64,000 nt of DNA from Chiloscyllium plagiosum. Lineage: Eukaryota. Position numbers and translations under genes: made by a program. The DNA lies in assembly GCF_004010195.1 (NCBI RefSeq), contig NC_057749.1, forward strand, positions 16,766,901 through 16,830,900, written 5' to 3'. The notes below the pieces were generated by a model that saw nothing but the letters and a program-made list of their open reading frames with translations, was not told the DNA's origin and ran no database searches. Positions 24,150 through 37,819 of the stretch are shown piece by piece (position 1 is the stretch's first letter; each line of letters begins with the position of its first letter).

Positions 24150-25280
24150 ACCACAGAGAACTGATGGCACAGAAAGATGCTATTCAGACCATTGTGTCAG
24201 GTGTTGATCCAAGTGTTTTTTTGAATTTAATGAGTGTTTCTGCCTTACCACCAAAACCAACAGTGAATTCCAGCCACCCACCGCTCTCTGGGTGTAAAAT
24301 GCTCTTTCTCATGTCCTCTCTAATCCTACTGCCAGCCACTTTTAGTTTGTGCCGTCTGGTAACTGTCTGCTCTGCAATGGGAAACAGTCTTTCCTGTCTA
24401 CTCTGTTCAAACCCCTAATGAGTTTGTACACCTCAGTTAAGTCACCCTTACACTTCCACTGCTCTACACCAAACAATGCCAGCCTATCTAATCTTCCTTT
24501 ATGTCTGCAATTTTCCAAGTCCTGTAGCATTCTTGTGAATTGCCTCTGTAGTCTCTCATGTGGAATAGAATAAATAGTGTGGAAGGAGGCCATTTAACCC
24601 TTGAAGAGCATCCCAACCAGACCACTCTGTGCCTGTAACCCTGCATTTCCCATGGCTATACAACCTAGCAGTACCAATCCATGTAACCTGCACATCTTTG
24701 GACTGGGGGAAGAAACTGGAGCACCGAGAGGGGACCCATGCAGGCATGGGGAGAACAGACAAACTCCACACAGTCACCTGAGGCTGGAATTGAACCTGGT
24801 GATAAGAGGCTGCAGTGCTAACCATTAAGCCACCATGCTGCAATTTCCTGTATGTGGTGACTCGAACTGTATGTAAAATTTCAGCAGTGGCTGACCATTT
24901 TGTACAGTTCCAGCATGATATGCTAGCTTATGTTTTCTATACCTCATCTGATAAAAGTAGGCATTCTGTATGCTTTCTTTACCACCTTATCTCCCTGTCC
25001 TGCTACCTTCAGGAACCTGTGGACATACAATTTGTCTTGCTCACTCTGTGCCTTTCCACATTCTCCCACTGATGTATTCCCTTGTTTTGTCTGTCTTCTC
25101 TGGATGCATTCTTTCACTCCTTCGGATTGAATTCCATTTGCCACTTTTACATCTATTCTGTCAAACCATTGATAACTTCCTGCAGTTTGACAGCCATCCT
25201 CTTCACTTTCAACCACATGGCTAATTTTTACGTCACCCACAAATTTCCAAGTCATGTCTATCATATTTAAATTCAAATCA
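24150..25280 (-). mobile_element. Diverged CR1 fragment interrupted by a SINE (24566-24838)
   Basis: ERLQRQFTRML, GDLTEVYKLIRG, KFVGDVKI; the SINE has a tRNA-like head on the minus strand. Confidence 0.8.
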
Positions 25281-25282
25281 TT

Positions 25283-25915
25283 GTCATCATCGGTGGTCCC
25301 TCGCAAATTAAGATGACTCTCTTCCACTCTCAGGATGAGTCTGTAGGCGGCTGTACAGACCAATGCAGCTACTGTTGTACTTGGGGCACGTGGTGGTCAC
25401 AGGAAGGGGTGGGTGGGGCATTGGTGTGGCAATGTGCTCCTTGTGTTGTTTCCCCCGGCTTCTGCTTTTCCCAACAACAAGTCTCTAGGTGCTTGATGCC
25501 TTCTTGGATGCACCTGCTCCTGTTTAGATGGTCTTGGTCCAGTGATTGCCCCAGGTGTCGGTGGAAATGCCGACTCCTCGCCTGCCCCCCTTTTAAAGAT
25601 ATCCCTGAGGTGCTTACTCTGTCCATTTGGGGCTCGACTGCTGTTGGAGTAGAGCATCTGTTTGGGGAGCCTCGTATCTGTCATACGGATGACGTGCCCA
25701 GCTCATTGTAGCTGATCAAGTGGGGTCAGTGCCTCGATGTTGGCTTGGTCGAGGATGCTGATGATGTGTCTGTCTTCCCAGCAGATTCACAGGATCTTGT
25801 ACAGGCAGCATTGGTGGGACTGTTCTAGTGCCTTGAGGGTTTCTGCTGGTGACAGTCCACGTCTCAGAGCCATACAGAAGGGCAGGAACCACCACAGCTC
25901 TGTAAACCACGATCA
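25283..25915 (-). mobile_element. RTE-clade LINE 3' fragment
   Basis: VYRAVVVPALLYGSETWT and MTDTRLPKQMLY motifs. Confidence 0.85.
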
Positions 25916-26670
25916 TTAATATATAAACCAAATAGCAAGAGACCTAGCACTGAGCTATAAGACATTGGAGCAGAATTTGCCCCATTGATTTTTGTTTGAC
26001 AATTCAGTGAGATTGTGGTTGATCTGATAATCCTCAACACTTTTATTTTTTTTTCCCATAACCCTTGATTCCCATACTGTTTAAAATTCTATCTATCTCT
26101 GTCTTGAACGTTCTTAATGAACTAGCCTCTGCAGCTTTCTGCAGTAAAGAATTCCACAGATTCACTACTCTCAGGAGAAATATTTATTCTTTTCTGTCTT
26201 AAATGGGCAATCACTTTCTCTGCATTATATCCCTTGGTTCTGGACCCATCCCATAAATTTCCTTATTTCTACCTTGAATAAATTCAGTACTTAGTAAGAC
26301 CAATCCTTAATGAAACTGTGCTGACTGATTATTCTGTGGATTTCTCAGTGCCTGTTTATCCTGTCCTCAGAATTGGTTCTAATAATTTGCTCACCACTGA
26401 AGTCATACTGACCAGTTTAGAATTGTTTGGTGAATCACTTACAACTACTTTCAGATATTCACAGACCTCCAGTCCTCCCCGTTACCTTACCTGTATCTAG
26501 TGTGATTTGGAAAATTAACATCAGAGGTTTTTCTCACCTCCCTGTCTTCCTTTAACAGTTTGGGTTACAATCAATCTGACCCTGGATATTTATCCATCAT
26601 CAAGGATGTTAGTCCTTCCAGTTCCTCCTGCTTATGCTTCATGTATCTTAATATTTCACACTTTAACAGG

Positions 26671-26987
26671 GATTAGATTAGATTAGATTACAGTGTGGAA
26701 ACAGGCCCTTCGGCCCAACAAGTCCACACCGACCCGCCGAAGCGAAACCCACCCATACCCCTACATTTACCCCTTACCTAACACTATGGGCAATTTAGTA
26801 TGGCCAATTCACCTGACCCTGCACATCTTTGGACTGTGGGAGGAAACCGGAGCACCCGGAGGAAACCCACGCAGACAAGGGGGGAACGTGAAAACTCCAC
26901 ACAGTCAGTCGCCTGAGGCGGGAATTGAACCCGGGTCTCTGGCGCTGTGAGGCAGCAGTGCTAACCACTGTGCCACCGTGCCGCCCG
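26671..26987 (-). mobile_element. Full-length young tRNA-derived SINE (HE1/V-SINE-like)
   Basis: Minus strand GGGCGGCACGGTGGCACAGTGGTTAGCACTGCTGCC (A box)...GGGTTCAATTCCC (B box)...CR1-like tail, (TAATC)n end. Confidence 0.92.
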
Positions 26988-28999
26988 ATGATGCCAACAT
27001 ACTAGTTAGTGAAAACAGAAATAAACTACTCATTAAGAACCCTGCCCACATCTTCTGCATCACATATTACCTTGTACATTTGTTGGACAGTTGAAAACAT
27101 TTTTGGGTTTTCCTTCATTTTACCTTTTGAATATTTATCCTCTCTTTGATTGCCTTTCAAACTGATATCTCCCCTAATATCTAATAGATTGTGTAAAACT
27201 TTAAAGAATATAGAGTAGGTAAATACAAAAAAATATCTTGAGTCTTATTTACCAAAGTAGAATGAGAGAATATGGAGTCAAACTAATTAAAAATGAATTT
27301 AGGGCAGAAGACAGAAGTTCTTCAAATTGCAAAAGATTAACAACTGGAATAAGTTAAACATTATATGCTGTGGTGAAGAGGGACATTAAGGTTTTGTTTT
27401 GGATGGAGTAAAAAAAATTAGGCCAAATGCCCTTCTCTGTCTGTTATTATCTTGCAGTCCTGCAGAGGGACAAATCAAATGGAGAGAAGTTCTCATTGTC
27501 AGGATCTTTGCCCAAAGGGATGGGATGCCGTTAGTGAACAGTGCCATTAACATTTAAACTGATCATTCACAAAAATCAGGCTGAGGGCCCAAATGTACAG
27601 AACTTTTGCTTGAGAGTTAATTTGCAATCCAACTTTAGTACCCATCTGGGTGCAAATTTATATTTACTAAACTGATGATGAGAATTAACGAACTCATTCT
27701 GCATTGGAAAGTCTTTTACCTATGACTGAATGATAACATTTCATAAAGAAACATGTTCCAGGCCACTATAACCAGCATTTTACAAACATTACATATTCCT
27801 ATCCAGTGACAGTAACAATTATCAATCCAAGTGCAATAGAGAATCAAATAAATTATCAAGTTCTTTATTCAGTGTCCAATGCATAGACCCTGCCACATAA
27901 ACATTGAAATAATGTAATTTTCACTTTACTAGCAAACAACTATATCCTTAGGTTTTGACCTCTCTAAGTAACATTGCCAATTTGATGACAATGAGAAGCA
28001 ATTTTGTATTGTGCATTCACATCCCACAAGGTCAGATTACTTTAACTCATTTACTCAATTGGAGAGGAGACATTTTTCTTTTCATTTGGCAATATTACAA
28101 GCCAGGATTCAACAGGTAATAGTAATGCACAAATGCTCTGAAGCATCTATTCCAACAATTGTTATTTTTGCTCATTTCTAATCCAACAACCTGCATGGAG
28201 ACGCTCTGATGTGAATATTCTTAGTGCATTGTACGTATGTCATAATGATGAATCCAAATCCCAAAATACTGCAGGCATTTTTAGTGCTCAATTCTATCAA
28301 GCTTTTTTTTTAAAGAGGACTGCAACAGAACAAAAATAACTGCAGGTATAAATTCAGCAGCTGGCTGGCACAATGATTGTGAGAGATGGATAGGTTGTAA
28401 TACCTAAATGTGTCAAAGAAACTTCAAAAAGATTTGACTGTGATCTCTTGTGACTACAAAAATGGCAATGGGCTTAACTGCGAGCCATTCACTGCAGATC
28501 ATTTTCAAAACTGCAAAGATATATTGAAGAATACAAATTGATAAAATTTAAAAAGTTAATTTCAACTCCACTGGAGTGTGCTAGTGGAACTCAAAAGTTC
28601 TTATGTATATCAACCTGGGTTTGAGCATTAGCATGCTGTGAAAGTCATAGTCAAAGAACTATCCTGCAGTCACCCTTCTATTGCAGGTAAAGACCCTGTA
28701 CTTTTTATTCTTCTCTAGATTTTAAAAGCATCAGTTTTTTTTTGTAACTGTCATAAGCATGCTTTTTCTGCTGTGTCATACTCTGCCTACTTCTGGATGA
28801 CTTGTGACTTTAGATTTGCCTGTGCCACCCTTTTTTCTGTCATGGGGATATGTCTGCAGAGTGCCTGTTAGTTCTCGCTTTTGAATGGCTCACACTGCAT
28901 TATCACTAAAAATGAAATTTGATCTGTGAAGTAAGTGAAAGGAATAAAATGATATGCAGATGTGAGCGGACACATGTGTGCTTCAGGTTAGAACAGTGA

Positions 29000-29225
29000 C
29001 CCAGCTCCACTGCCTCACAGCAGTACTACAGTTCTGTGTCTGTGTGTGTTTCTGCTGGGTGCTCTGGTTTCCTATCTTAGTCCAAAGATGTACCGGCTAT
29101 GTGGATTAGCCATGGTAAATATGAGGATAGAGTTGGGGGCTGGATCTGGGTGGGATGACCTTTGAAGGGTTGGTGTTGACTCAATGGGCTATGCAGTCTC
29201 TTAACACTGTAGGGATTCTATGGTT
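29000..29225 (+). mobile_element. Diverged SINE of the same family
   Basis: CACTGCCTCACAG...AGTCCAAAGATGT...ACACTGTAGGGATTCTATG. Confidence 0.65.
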
Positions 29226-29959
29226 AAGAATGTAACTGCCAGTGGCTGAATGGTCTGTCTGTGTTGTAAATACCTAGTGCTGTTACAATACACACAATGG
29301 ATTGAATGGAAAAAGTTCAATGATTATTACCACAGCTTGATATTATTGATGCTGTTTGCTCAGTTGAGTTGAAATGCACACCATCTTCGGCAGCCATAGA
29401 GGACGGACACACACTGTCAGAGTCAGGACCTCACTACCAGTGTTGCTCAGAATAGGGTCTGAAAGGAAGGAGTCTTTTACAATGGAGCCATGAAACCAGT
29501 TGCAGCTTGTAATGTTTATTTTTCATTCATCCAAATTTAGATCTATTTGCCCAGTGCTGTAATCCTAATTTGTGATCATCACAGGATACATACAGGTAAA
29601 TCCAATTGAACCATTTAGTTCATTCAGAAAAGAACACTCCATTTCTCAATATATGATCAATTTCTTCACAGATTTGTCTTCAATTAATCATAGAGTTTAT
29701 TCTAGGTGCTGGTCACTGTTCCTAAAGAACATACTGATGTTGATCTTAACCACTGTTGTTTTACCCTTTTTCCACAATTTAATCCAGACAAATGGATCTT
29801 GATAATCTTGTGTCCCTGAAAAAAAAACTATTTTCTAATCAACTATTCAGCTATGTTCTTCCACACCTCTGGACCAAGTGCAACTTGAACCTGGATCTTC
29901 CTGACTTTGAGCTGGCTCCACTATGCCACACTGTGTTTGAATGCAAAGCATCTTAGAAA

Positions 29960-30066
29960 AAACTACAAATGCGTCAATCCGGATGCTGGCGCAGCGTGTA
30001 CGTGCTGGCGTCATGTCCGGGCCTGCGCACTAAGGCAGTTACTGGCGGCGTGGACGGGTCGCAGTA
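29960..30066 (+). promoter_or_regulatory. Compact CpG-rich HYPK promoter / 5'UTR
   Basis: Abrupt CpG enrichment. Two GCGTCA (CRE half-site) motifs, an ETS-like CCGGATG and an ACTACA motif lie directly upstream of the ATG. Confidence 0.6.
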
Positions 30067-30219
30067 ATGGCGGAGGCTGACGGAGACCTGGACCTGGAGA
30101 ATGAGGAGAGCGAGCGGCCTGCAGAGAAACCCCGCAAACACGACAGCGGAGCCGCCGACCTGGAGAGGGTGACCGACTATGCGGAGGAAAAGGAGATTCT
30201 CAGCTCGGACCTGGAGACG
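30067..30219 (+). CDS. HYPK: HYPK exon 1
   Basis: ATG at 30067; donor GAGACG|gtgagg. Confidence 0.93.
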
Positions 30220-33200
30220 GTGAGGCCAGNNNNNNNNNNNNNNNNNNNNNNNNNGGAGATATTGGGTCAGGAGGAGACTGAAATGGAGAGTAGGTGGAGG
30301 AGCAGTAAGATATGGGAGAGTGTAAGCTGATTTGGGAAAGGAGAGTTTTAATGGGTGGCAGGGGGGACTGTAGGAATGGGAGCAAACGAGGATGGATAAG
30401 CTGGAAGGGAAGATATGCTGAGAGGATGGTGGGTATGGTGATGGACATAGTCATACAACACAGAAAAAGACCTTCAGTCCAACTTGTCCTTGACATCCAG
30501 GCATTCCAATCTGACCTAATGCCGTTTGGCCCATATCCCTCTAAACCTTTCAAGTTCATATATCTATCCAGATGCTTTTTGAATGTTGTATTTGTACTTG
30601 CCTCCGCCGCTTCTTCTGACAGCTTGCTCCATGCTCTGCATGAAAAAGTTATCCCTCTGGTCCTTGTTAAAGCATTTCCCTTCTCACCTTAAACCTATAC
30701 CCTTTGGGTTTGGACTACCGTACCCTTGGAAAAGACCTTGGCTATTCACTCTGTCCATGTCCGTTATGGTTTTATAAACCTCTATAAGGTAACCCTTCAA
30801 CTTCCAACGCTCCTGGGGAAAAGAAGCCCAGATTGTTCAGCCTCTTCCCATAACTAAAACCCTCCAATCCTGACCACCTCCTTGTAAATCCTTTCTGCAC
30901 CCCCTCAAGGTTGCCAGCATCGTTCCTGTAGAAGGGTGGCCAGAGTTGTGTACAGTCATCTAAAAGTGGCTTCACCAATGTCCACAACTTGACATCCCAA
31001 CTCTTAAACTCAATGTTCTGACAATGAAGGCAAGCTTGCCAAATGCCGCCTTCACTACCCCATCTTCTTGCAATTCCAGTTTCAAGGACGTACCATTTGC
31101 ACCCCATGGTCTCTTTGTTCAGCAACACTCCCCAGGGCTCTACCATTAACTATATAATTCCCTCTCTGGATGCCTTTCCAAAATGCAGCATCTCTCATTT
31201 ACCTAAATTAAACTGCATCTGCCACTCCTCAACCCATTGGCCCATCTGATCAATGTCCTGTTGTACTCTGAGATAACCTTCTTCACTGTCCACTACACCA
31301 ACTATTTTGTTGTCACCTGCAAACTTACTAACCACGTCTCCTATATTTACATCCAGATCATTTGTATAAATGATGAAAACCAATGGACCCAGCACTCATC
31401 CATGTGGCACACCGGTGTGCCGCAGTTTCTCCCTTCAGATTGGAATGTCTGCATGTCACGGATGAGTTGAACTGAAGGGTCTGTTTCTGTGCTGTATGAC
31501 TGTATCCATCACCATACCCACCATCCTCTCAGCATATCTGACCTTCCACTATGCACCCCCTCTCCTTTTGCTCCCATTTCTATGGCCCTCCCCACACTCT
31601 CCCTTCCCAAGTCACAACCAGAAAATTCCTCCCCATCCAAGCCCTTAATACTATTGATAATCCCAGTCGATGTTTGGAAAGTTAAAATCTGCTACCATTA
31701 CAGACCTAGGTTTCTTACAGATATGAGATCTCCTTACATATTTGCTTCTCAATTTCCTACTGAATATTGAGATGAGCAGGAGGGGTCCATGAAGAGAGGG
31801 AGGGCATGTTTGGGGAACAAGATAGAGGAAGGAAGGTGAATGCGCAGTGCTGGAAAGGGAGGAGGTGAGTTGGAAAAGATAGGAGGGTCTGGGAAAGGGA
31901 GGTAGGTGAGATGTGATGGTAAGGAGAGAGATGAGTGATAGAGCATAGTCAGGATTTTGGGAGTGGAGTGTTAGATAGAGGGTGGAAAGTAGATTTGGTT
32001 ATGGCAGTGTGTGGATTGTGACTTATGTGATTTTATCTACAGGCAATGTCTGTCATTGGAGACAGAAGATCCCGGGAACAGAAAGCTAAACAGGAAAGGT
32101 CAGAATCTCTGAACAGATGCAGAATGTTCTGCACCATAAATAAAGTCTCTTTAACAGTTGGGAAAGGACTGCAAACAGACAGGGCTGGGGTGCAGAAAGC
32201 GTTTCCATAGAAGACCAGTTCCTGTCAGAAACCTCAGCCCCTGTTTCCATCTCTTAAACCAGATGTTTGATACCTCAATGTATTTATGATACTGAGCCAA
32301 ACTTCAAATTTCCACCCATAACACTGGCGGTCTCCTCCCCTGTTCAAACCCTTCACTTAAAATGACCGTGATGTTTTTGTGAGCTCAAGTGGTGTCCCCC
32401 ACCATTGTGGGTTCCTATTTCCAAAACTGACTTCAGCCCATACTGATTTCCTAATGCCCCAGAGCATTGATTTCTGTATCATAGTGGATATCTAACCTCC
32501 GTAATTAATACTTTGCAGATCATACCTTCCCAGTTGTGACTCTGATCAACAGTGCATCGTGGGGTAGGTGCAAAGAGATTGTGACCCCTTGTGGGTGAGT
32601 CTAGGACCAGAGGGCTCAATCTCCAAGTGAGGAGCTGTCCATCTAAGACCAGAGATGAGGAGGATTTATTTTTTCTGCATGAATCTGTGAAATTCTTTAC
32701 CTCAGAGAGCTGTAAAGGCTCAGTTGTTATGTCATGTTTTAACTGGCATTCTCGATAAACCGGCAAAAATTATTATACCTCAAATACCGCACAAAGTTTA
32801 CTGGATTAATGCAATGTCTAGGTAGTCAGCTGAGGATGTGGGTGAGAAAGCTTTCTGTTGGTAGGTTTTATTTAAGGCAAAGTTGCATTATTATTTGTGA
32901 ATTATGCTGTAAATAAAGTATAATAGTGATGCATATACCTCCTGCATTACATTTCTGTTACTTTGTGTGTGTTTTTACGTTGTGCACCTCTTGATCAATT
33001 GGAATATTCTTCAACCAGTGCACTCCTGGTACCATAGGGGCTGGTTAACAAAATGTTTCCTGTGTATTCAGAGCTGAGATAGGCATTTCTAATTATGGAA
33101 GGAATCAAGATTTGTGGAAATGAGGCAGGAGAATGGATAATCATCAACTCCAATCAGCCATGATCTCTGTCAGTGATGGAGCCAATTCCTTGAGCTGATG

Positions 33201-34780
33201 GCCTGTGATAAACACTTCAGCTGTCATTGTCCTGCAGGAACCTCTCTTCACTATCTGTCACCACCCCATTCCACATAATCAAAAGTCTCCACTTGGAGCC
33301 GCAATCTGTTACCTTCCTGGTGATCAGTATCTCTCTTACCTGATCCAGTTCCTTGGGCTGTCTGACTATTTTTGAGTATTTCACATCCTTTTTTCCCTCG
33401 CCAGTCTGGAATAATCCCTGAGGTGAAAGCTTCTCATTCCACCGAGCTGTGCCTTGTATTCCGCAGCCCAGTAAAGAGCTGTGTTTTGATTTTATTTCCC
33501 TCTCTTGCAGGGAGAAAGAATTGGCAAAAGTGACCATCAGGAAGGAGGATGTTGAACTGATTGTAAGTGGTTTGCAAGTGTAAAAGTATTTGTTTGTGTT
33601 TGAGCTGTAACTCCAGCTCTTCTATGCCATACCATGCCCTGCTCTACAGGAGTCAGCCTGTCCAACAAAACATGCATTTAGGGAGAAGCTAAATGGAGGG
33701 AGGACGTTTATACAGATATCGCCAGCATGGACCATTTGGGCTGAATGACCTGTTTCTGGAAATCCTGTATAAATTTATGAAGTATTTTTTGTAATGTACT
33801 TCCATCAGTTAATTATGTACTGCAAGCAGATTGTGGTTTTGCCATGTTTACCCAGAGATCCTCCTTCAGGTCAAACTCTAAATAATTGTGCATCATTCTT
33901 AGTACTTTAACTTTCATGTACTCAAAGCTGATGGCATTTTAAGACTGATTAATTGACTGAAAACAGCGGACTAAAATAAAACTGTTGGTCTGTTTTTTGC
34001 AACAGAACTCCACTCCAGCCCTCAGCCCACACCGAATGATTTTATTGCAGTAGGGAAGGGACTGGTGTCTTGCAGGCAAAACAATAAACTGTGGCTCCCT
34101 CTGCCAGTCCAGCTGTTAAGGACCCATGATATTCAGAGAGATCTCCCTCTTTCAACCAGCAACCTAAGATGTTTTTCCAATTAATTAGTTCAAAGATGTT
34201 ATGACATACTTCCGGAGCAGGTAGGACCTGAACCCCAGGCCTTCTGCCTCAGAGGTAGGGACACTACCACTGTGCTACAAGAGCCCTTAAATAGGAACCT
34301 AACTGGTCGATCATCTCATTGCCTTTTCTGCATTGGTTGCTGAGAAAGTGATTGCTGTTCTAAAATATGAAGTGTATTGGATAAGCACCAGGATTTTGTA
34401 ACTTTATAGGAAGAGACCATTCTGCCCTCTGCTGGCTCTTTGACAAAGCTATCACATTTGTCCCACTTCCATTGCTCTTTCCCTATTGTCCCTGTAAGCA
34501 TTATTCCCTTCACATATTTATTGACTTGAATTTTTTGTTTGGGTTGCTATGGAATCTGCTTCTTTCACAATTCTACGGAAACTGTGTTTTTAAAACCAAG
34601 AGGGTCTCCTGCAGAAGTCAGTGAAGGTGAGGGGGACTGATCTGTTTAAAAAATACTGATCTAATTTTAACCTCTTCTCTCCAGATGAACGAAATGGAGA
34701 TCTCTCGAAGTGCAGCAGAGCGTGGTTTACGAGAGCACTTGGGAAATGTCGTTGAAGCCTTGATAGCTCTCACTGACTGA
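30067..34780 (+). CDS. HYPK: Huntingtin-interacting protein K (NatA regulator), 4 exons, 118 aa: join(30067..30219,32043..32098,33511..33562,34685..34780)
   Basis: ERPAEKPRKHDSGAADLERVTDYAEEKEI, AMSVIGDRRSREQKAKQER, EKELAKVTIRKEDVELI, MNEMEISRSAAERGLREHLGNVVEALIALTD*. GT-AG introns, total 357 nt. Confidence 0.97.
30445..31750 (-). mobile_element. CR1 LINE fragments in HYPK intron 1
   Basis: LGPLVFIIYTNDLD..VSKFAGDNKI, QWVEEWQMQFN; endonuclease remnant at ~31660-31750. Confidence 0.88.
32043..32098 (+). CDS. HYPK: HYPK exon 2
   Basis: ctacag|GCAATG...GAAAG|gtcaga. Confidence 0.95.
33511..33562 (+). CDS. HYPK: HYPK exon 3
   Basis: cttgcag|GGAGAAA...CTGATT|gtaagt. Confidence 0.95.
34685..34780 (+). 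CDS. HYPK: HYPK exon 4 (UBA-like C-terminus)
   Basis: ctccag|ATGAAC...GACTGA. Confidence 0.95.
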   Translation: MNEMEISRSAAERGLREHLGNVVEALIALTD

Positions 34781-35018
34781 GGTCACAGTGCTTGACCTGA
34801 GACACTTTTTTGGAGATGTTTGGGAAGGGGGTGGGGGTGGGGATAAATCCAAAGAGATTGCAGCAAAATGGAATGGAAGCGGAGGTCCACCTTATGTGCA
34901 ACTGCTGCCTGCTGTTTGGTGACAGGACGGGGATGATTTCAGTGAAATGAATGCTTCACTACTGAAGATCCAACACTGACATCCTGAATATGGGTGCGAT
35001 GCTCCAAATCGGAAAGGA

Positions 35019-35046
35019 AATAAAAGACTCCACTTGAACCAATAAA
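35019..35046 (+). terminator. HYPK polyadenylation signals (AATAAA x2)
   Basis: AATAAA at 35019-35024 and 35041-35046, followed by GT-rich tggtatgtgtttgctttt. Confidence 0.7.
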
Positions 35047-37389
35047 CCTGAGCTCATTACTCAAACCTTGGTATGTGTTTGCTTTTGGCGATTCTTACAG
35101 TGTGGGGAGGAAGCATATTCTACACGTGAAGTCCGACCGTTGACTTTTATCAGTTTAAAACCACCACTTCTGCTTAATCTCTCAAGTTAAAGTAAGGTTT
35201 TGGATCTGTAATTCCACTTTATCTTTTTAAACGTTATTGAGCAGTCTCTAGGTATATTCTGTCAGACAAAGTTTATCTGGCTTTTGAAATTATTTCTTCA
35301 AAGGTCAGGGATGAGCTCTGGAGAATACTTGCCCTGTGTGTGAGAACAATTTTCAAGGTGTAGTCAGTCAGCCCTGAGTAGGTAACATCCACCATCCTGG
35401 TTATATTCCGATTTTTTTTTTCTGACATCTATTTCCATGATTCCTTGATTTTAATCCATTTCAGTTTGATCTTGATTAGTCTGTACATCAGCACAAGGTG
35501 GCTGATGCCCACGTCCACCTTTAGATAATTAATGCTTCATTATTTAGACAAGGGCTTTCCCAAAAAATAATTTGCAGGATGATACACAGAAGCATAAGGG
35601 CGTGTACCAAATTGTATTTTAAAAATTAGAAGAAACGTGGGAACAGGACTGAGCCATATACCACCTTGAGTCTGTTCCACCATTTAATTAGTTCATGGCT
35701 GAGTGGTGACCTAACTCTCAGAAGGGATTTGCCCTGTATTCTTCTCAAGGTTTTTACAGAACTCTGCAATCTCAGGTTTGAAGTCTTCTGTTGATCCAGT
35801 GTCAGTTTTCTGTTTGTGGAAGAGAATTCCAAACTTTGTGTGATCCTTCATTCTTAAAAGATGTGACTCTTATTGTTAGTTTGTGTTCCTTTAATCCTGG
35901 ATGCTCAACAGCCAGGAGAAAACTTTTCTCTTGAATGGAAGGAGACTAAAAAATTCTCACTGGAAGTGTACTTGTGACCCTCAAGAACAGAAATTGCTGA
36001 AGAAGCTCAGCATCTATGGAGAGAAATCAGAGTTAAAGTTTCAGTTCCAGTGACCCTTCCTCAACTGACCTGAAACATTAAATGATTTCTCTCCACTGCT
36101 GCTGCCAGACCTGCTGAGCTTTTCAGAAACCAAATTACTGCATCGACAGTAATTAGAATAGAATGATTGTGGTTTGGTCTAGTGGCTACTATCTTCATTG
36201 CCAAAGGGAAAGGTTATGGAAAGAAAGTGGGAAATAGGTTTTTCAACCCCATCAACCATGATCCAATGGTGGTGCAGGCTTGATGGGTAGATTGGCCTAA
36301 TTTCTGCTCCTTTGTCTTATGGTCTTATCTTTTCCTTTGAACTAGAAGCAGCAGGTTCATGTCCCATTCCATGACTTAATGGCCGAAGAATGTTCATATT
36401 CCTACCCAAGCAAGTCGAGGAACAAATTATAATTCCTTCCAATATGTCAGGCAGTAAGAGTGGGAGAAATTCTTAGCCACATGATAGCAAGACATTGGAG
36501 CCTCCACCATCACAGTCAGTTCCAGTTTCCAGTCCTTGGGTATGAATGGCAGGAATGCAGAATTGAGATCGCAACTGGATCAGCAGTGATCTTATCGAAT
36601 GAAAGATTGGGTTTAGGGGCTGAATGACCTCCCCTTGCCCCTAGTTCTGATGTAAGTGTTTGGATGGGACAAATATTGAAATCCAAAAAAAGCTGCAAGC
36701 TGGATGGGAGGGTTAACCAAGTAAGCATTCTGGTAGTGTGTGTGAAGCACTTCACGTCAGTCACAAGGTGACCACAGTGTGGAATGGAATGAAGGGGCAG
36801 ACCGGTTTCTGGGTCAACTTTACACAAAATTAAAAGCTAATCAAGTGGCTGGTGCCAAAAGAAAACTTCTGGAACTCTGGCGGTAGTGAGAAGTCAGGGT
36901 ATGGAATCGCCATTAAAAAATCTTGCTATAGCAAGGCAGAAGAATTGTACAGCTACTTAGAGGGTAAGGTGTAGACATAGCAGCCTGAGGAAATAGTCAA
37001 AAACCCAGAAAACTTAGAGTAGAAATCAAGTTGCTCATGAAACAATGGAGCAGCGAGTTAGTGGTGATGGAGATGAAATTTCAGGGTCCTCTGTCTTTAC
37101 CCAGTTACAGGCTGACTCCCTCCTGTAATAGTGGAACTCTGCACTTAAATCGATTAACTGTCAGAAAAGGCTTCCATGATTATGGAAATATGAGCAGACC
37201 TGTTTGCGCCTCCTCAGATACTGAAACTGTGCATGTGGATACAGAGCAGTGCCTCAGCTGATCAATTGCAAGCTAGTCAAACTGCACAAGTGCCAGTGTA
37301 TGCCCATCTTCGATGAATTGAATTTATTGTCAAGTGTACAGAGGCACAGTGAAAAGAGAAAGTAACATTGTTTCCTGTTTAACAGCATT

Positions 37390-37800
37390 ACCTTCACTAA
37401 ATAAATACATCATTGATGTCTTAGGCATTGGTATTGCCTACAAATTTAACTGGGTAGGCCATGTACGTTTTGTGGCTCCAAGAGCAAAGACTGGGGCTTC
37501 TGTAGTGAGGTACTCACCCCCTGACTCCCCAAAACTTGTCCACTATCTACAAGGCACAAGTCAGGAGTCTGATGAAATACTCCCCACTTGTATGGATGAG
37601 TGCAGCTCCCAACAGCATTCAGGAAGCTCAGCACCATCCAGAACAAAGCAACTCGCTTGATTGGCACCACATCCACCATCTTCAACCTTCCATCCATCAC
37701 TGAGGCACAGTGACAGCAGTGTTTATAATTTGCAAGATGCACTGCATTAACTCACCAAGGCTTCTCCAACACCACACTCCAAACCAGCAACCTCTACCTC
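37390..37800 (+). mobile_element. CR1-group LINE 3' fragment (different family)
   Basis: LSTIYKAQVRSLMKYSPLVW-like ORF2 C-terminal segment. Confidence 0.6.
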
Positions 37801-37819
37801 AAAGACATTGGGCCAAGAA

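Noticed and set aside
26930-26987. tRNA gene
   Set aside because: The A/B boxes are the head of a SINE and continue into the SINE body and LINE-like tail; the same holds at 40717 and 55177.
27000-28950. AT-rich unique intergenic stretch as a transposase or hidden gene
   Set aside because: No ORF of 60 aa or more in the track, and no recognisable motifs or terminal repeats.
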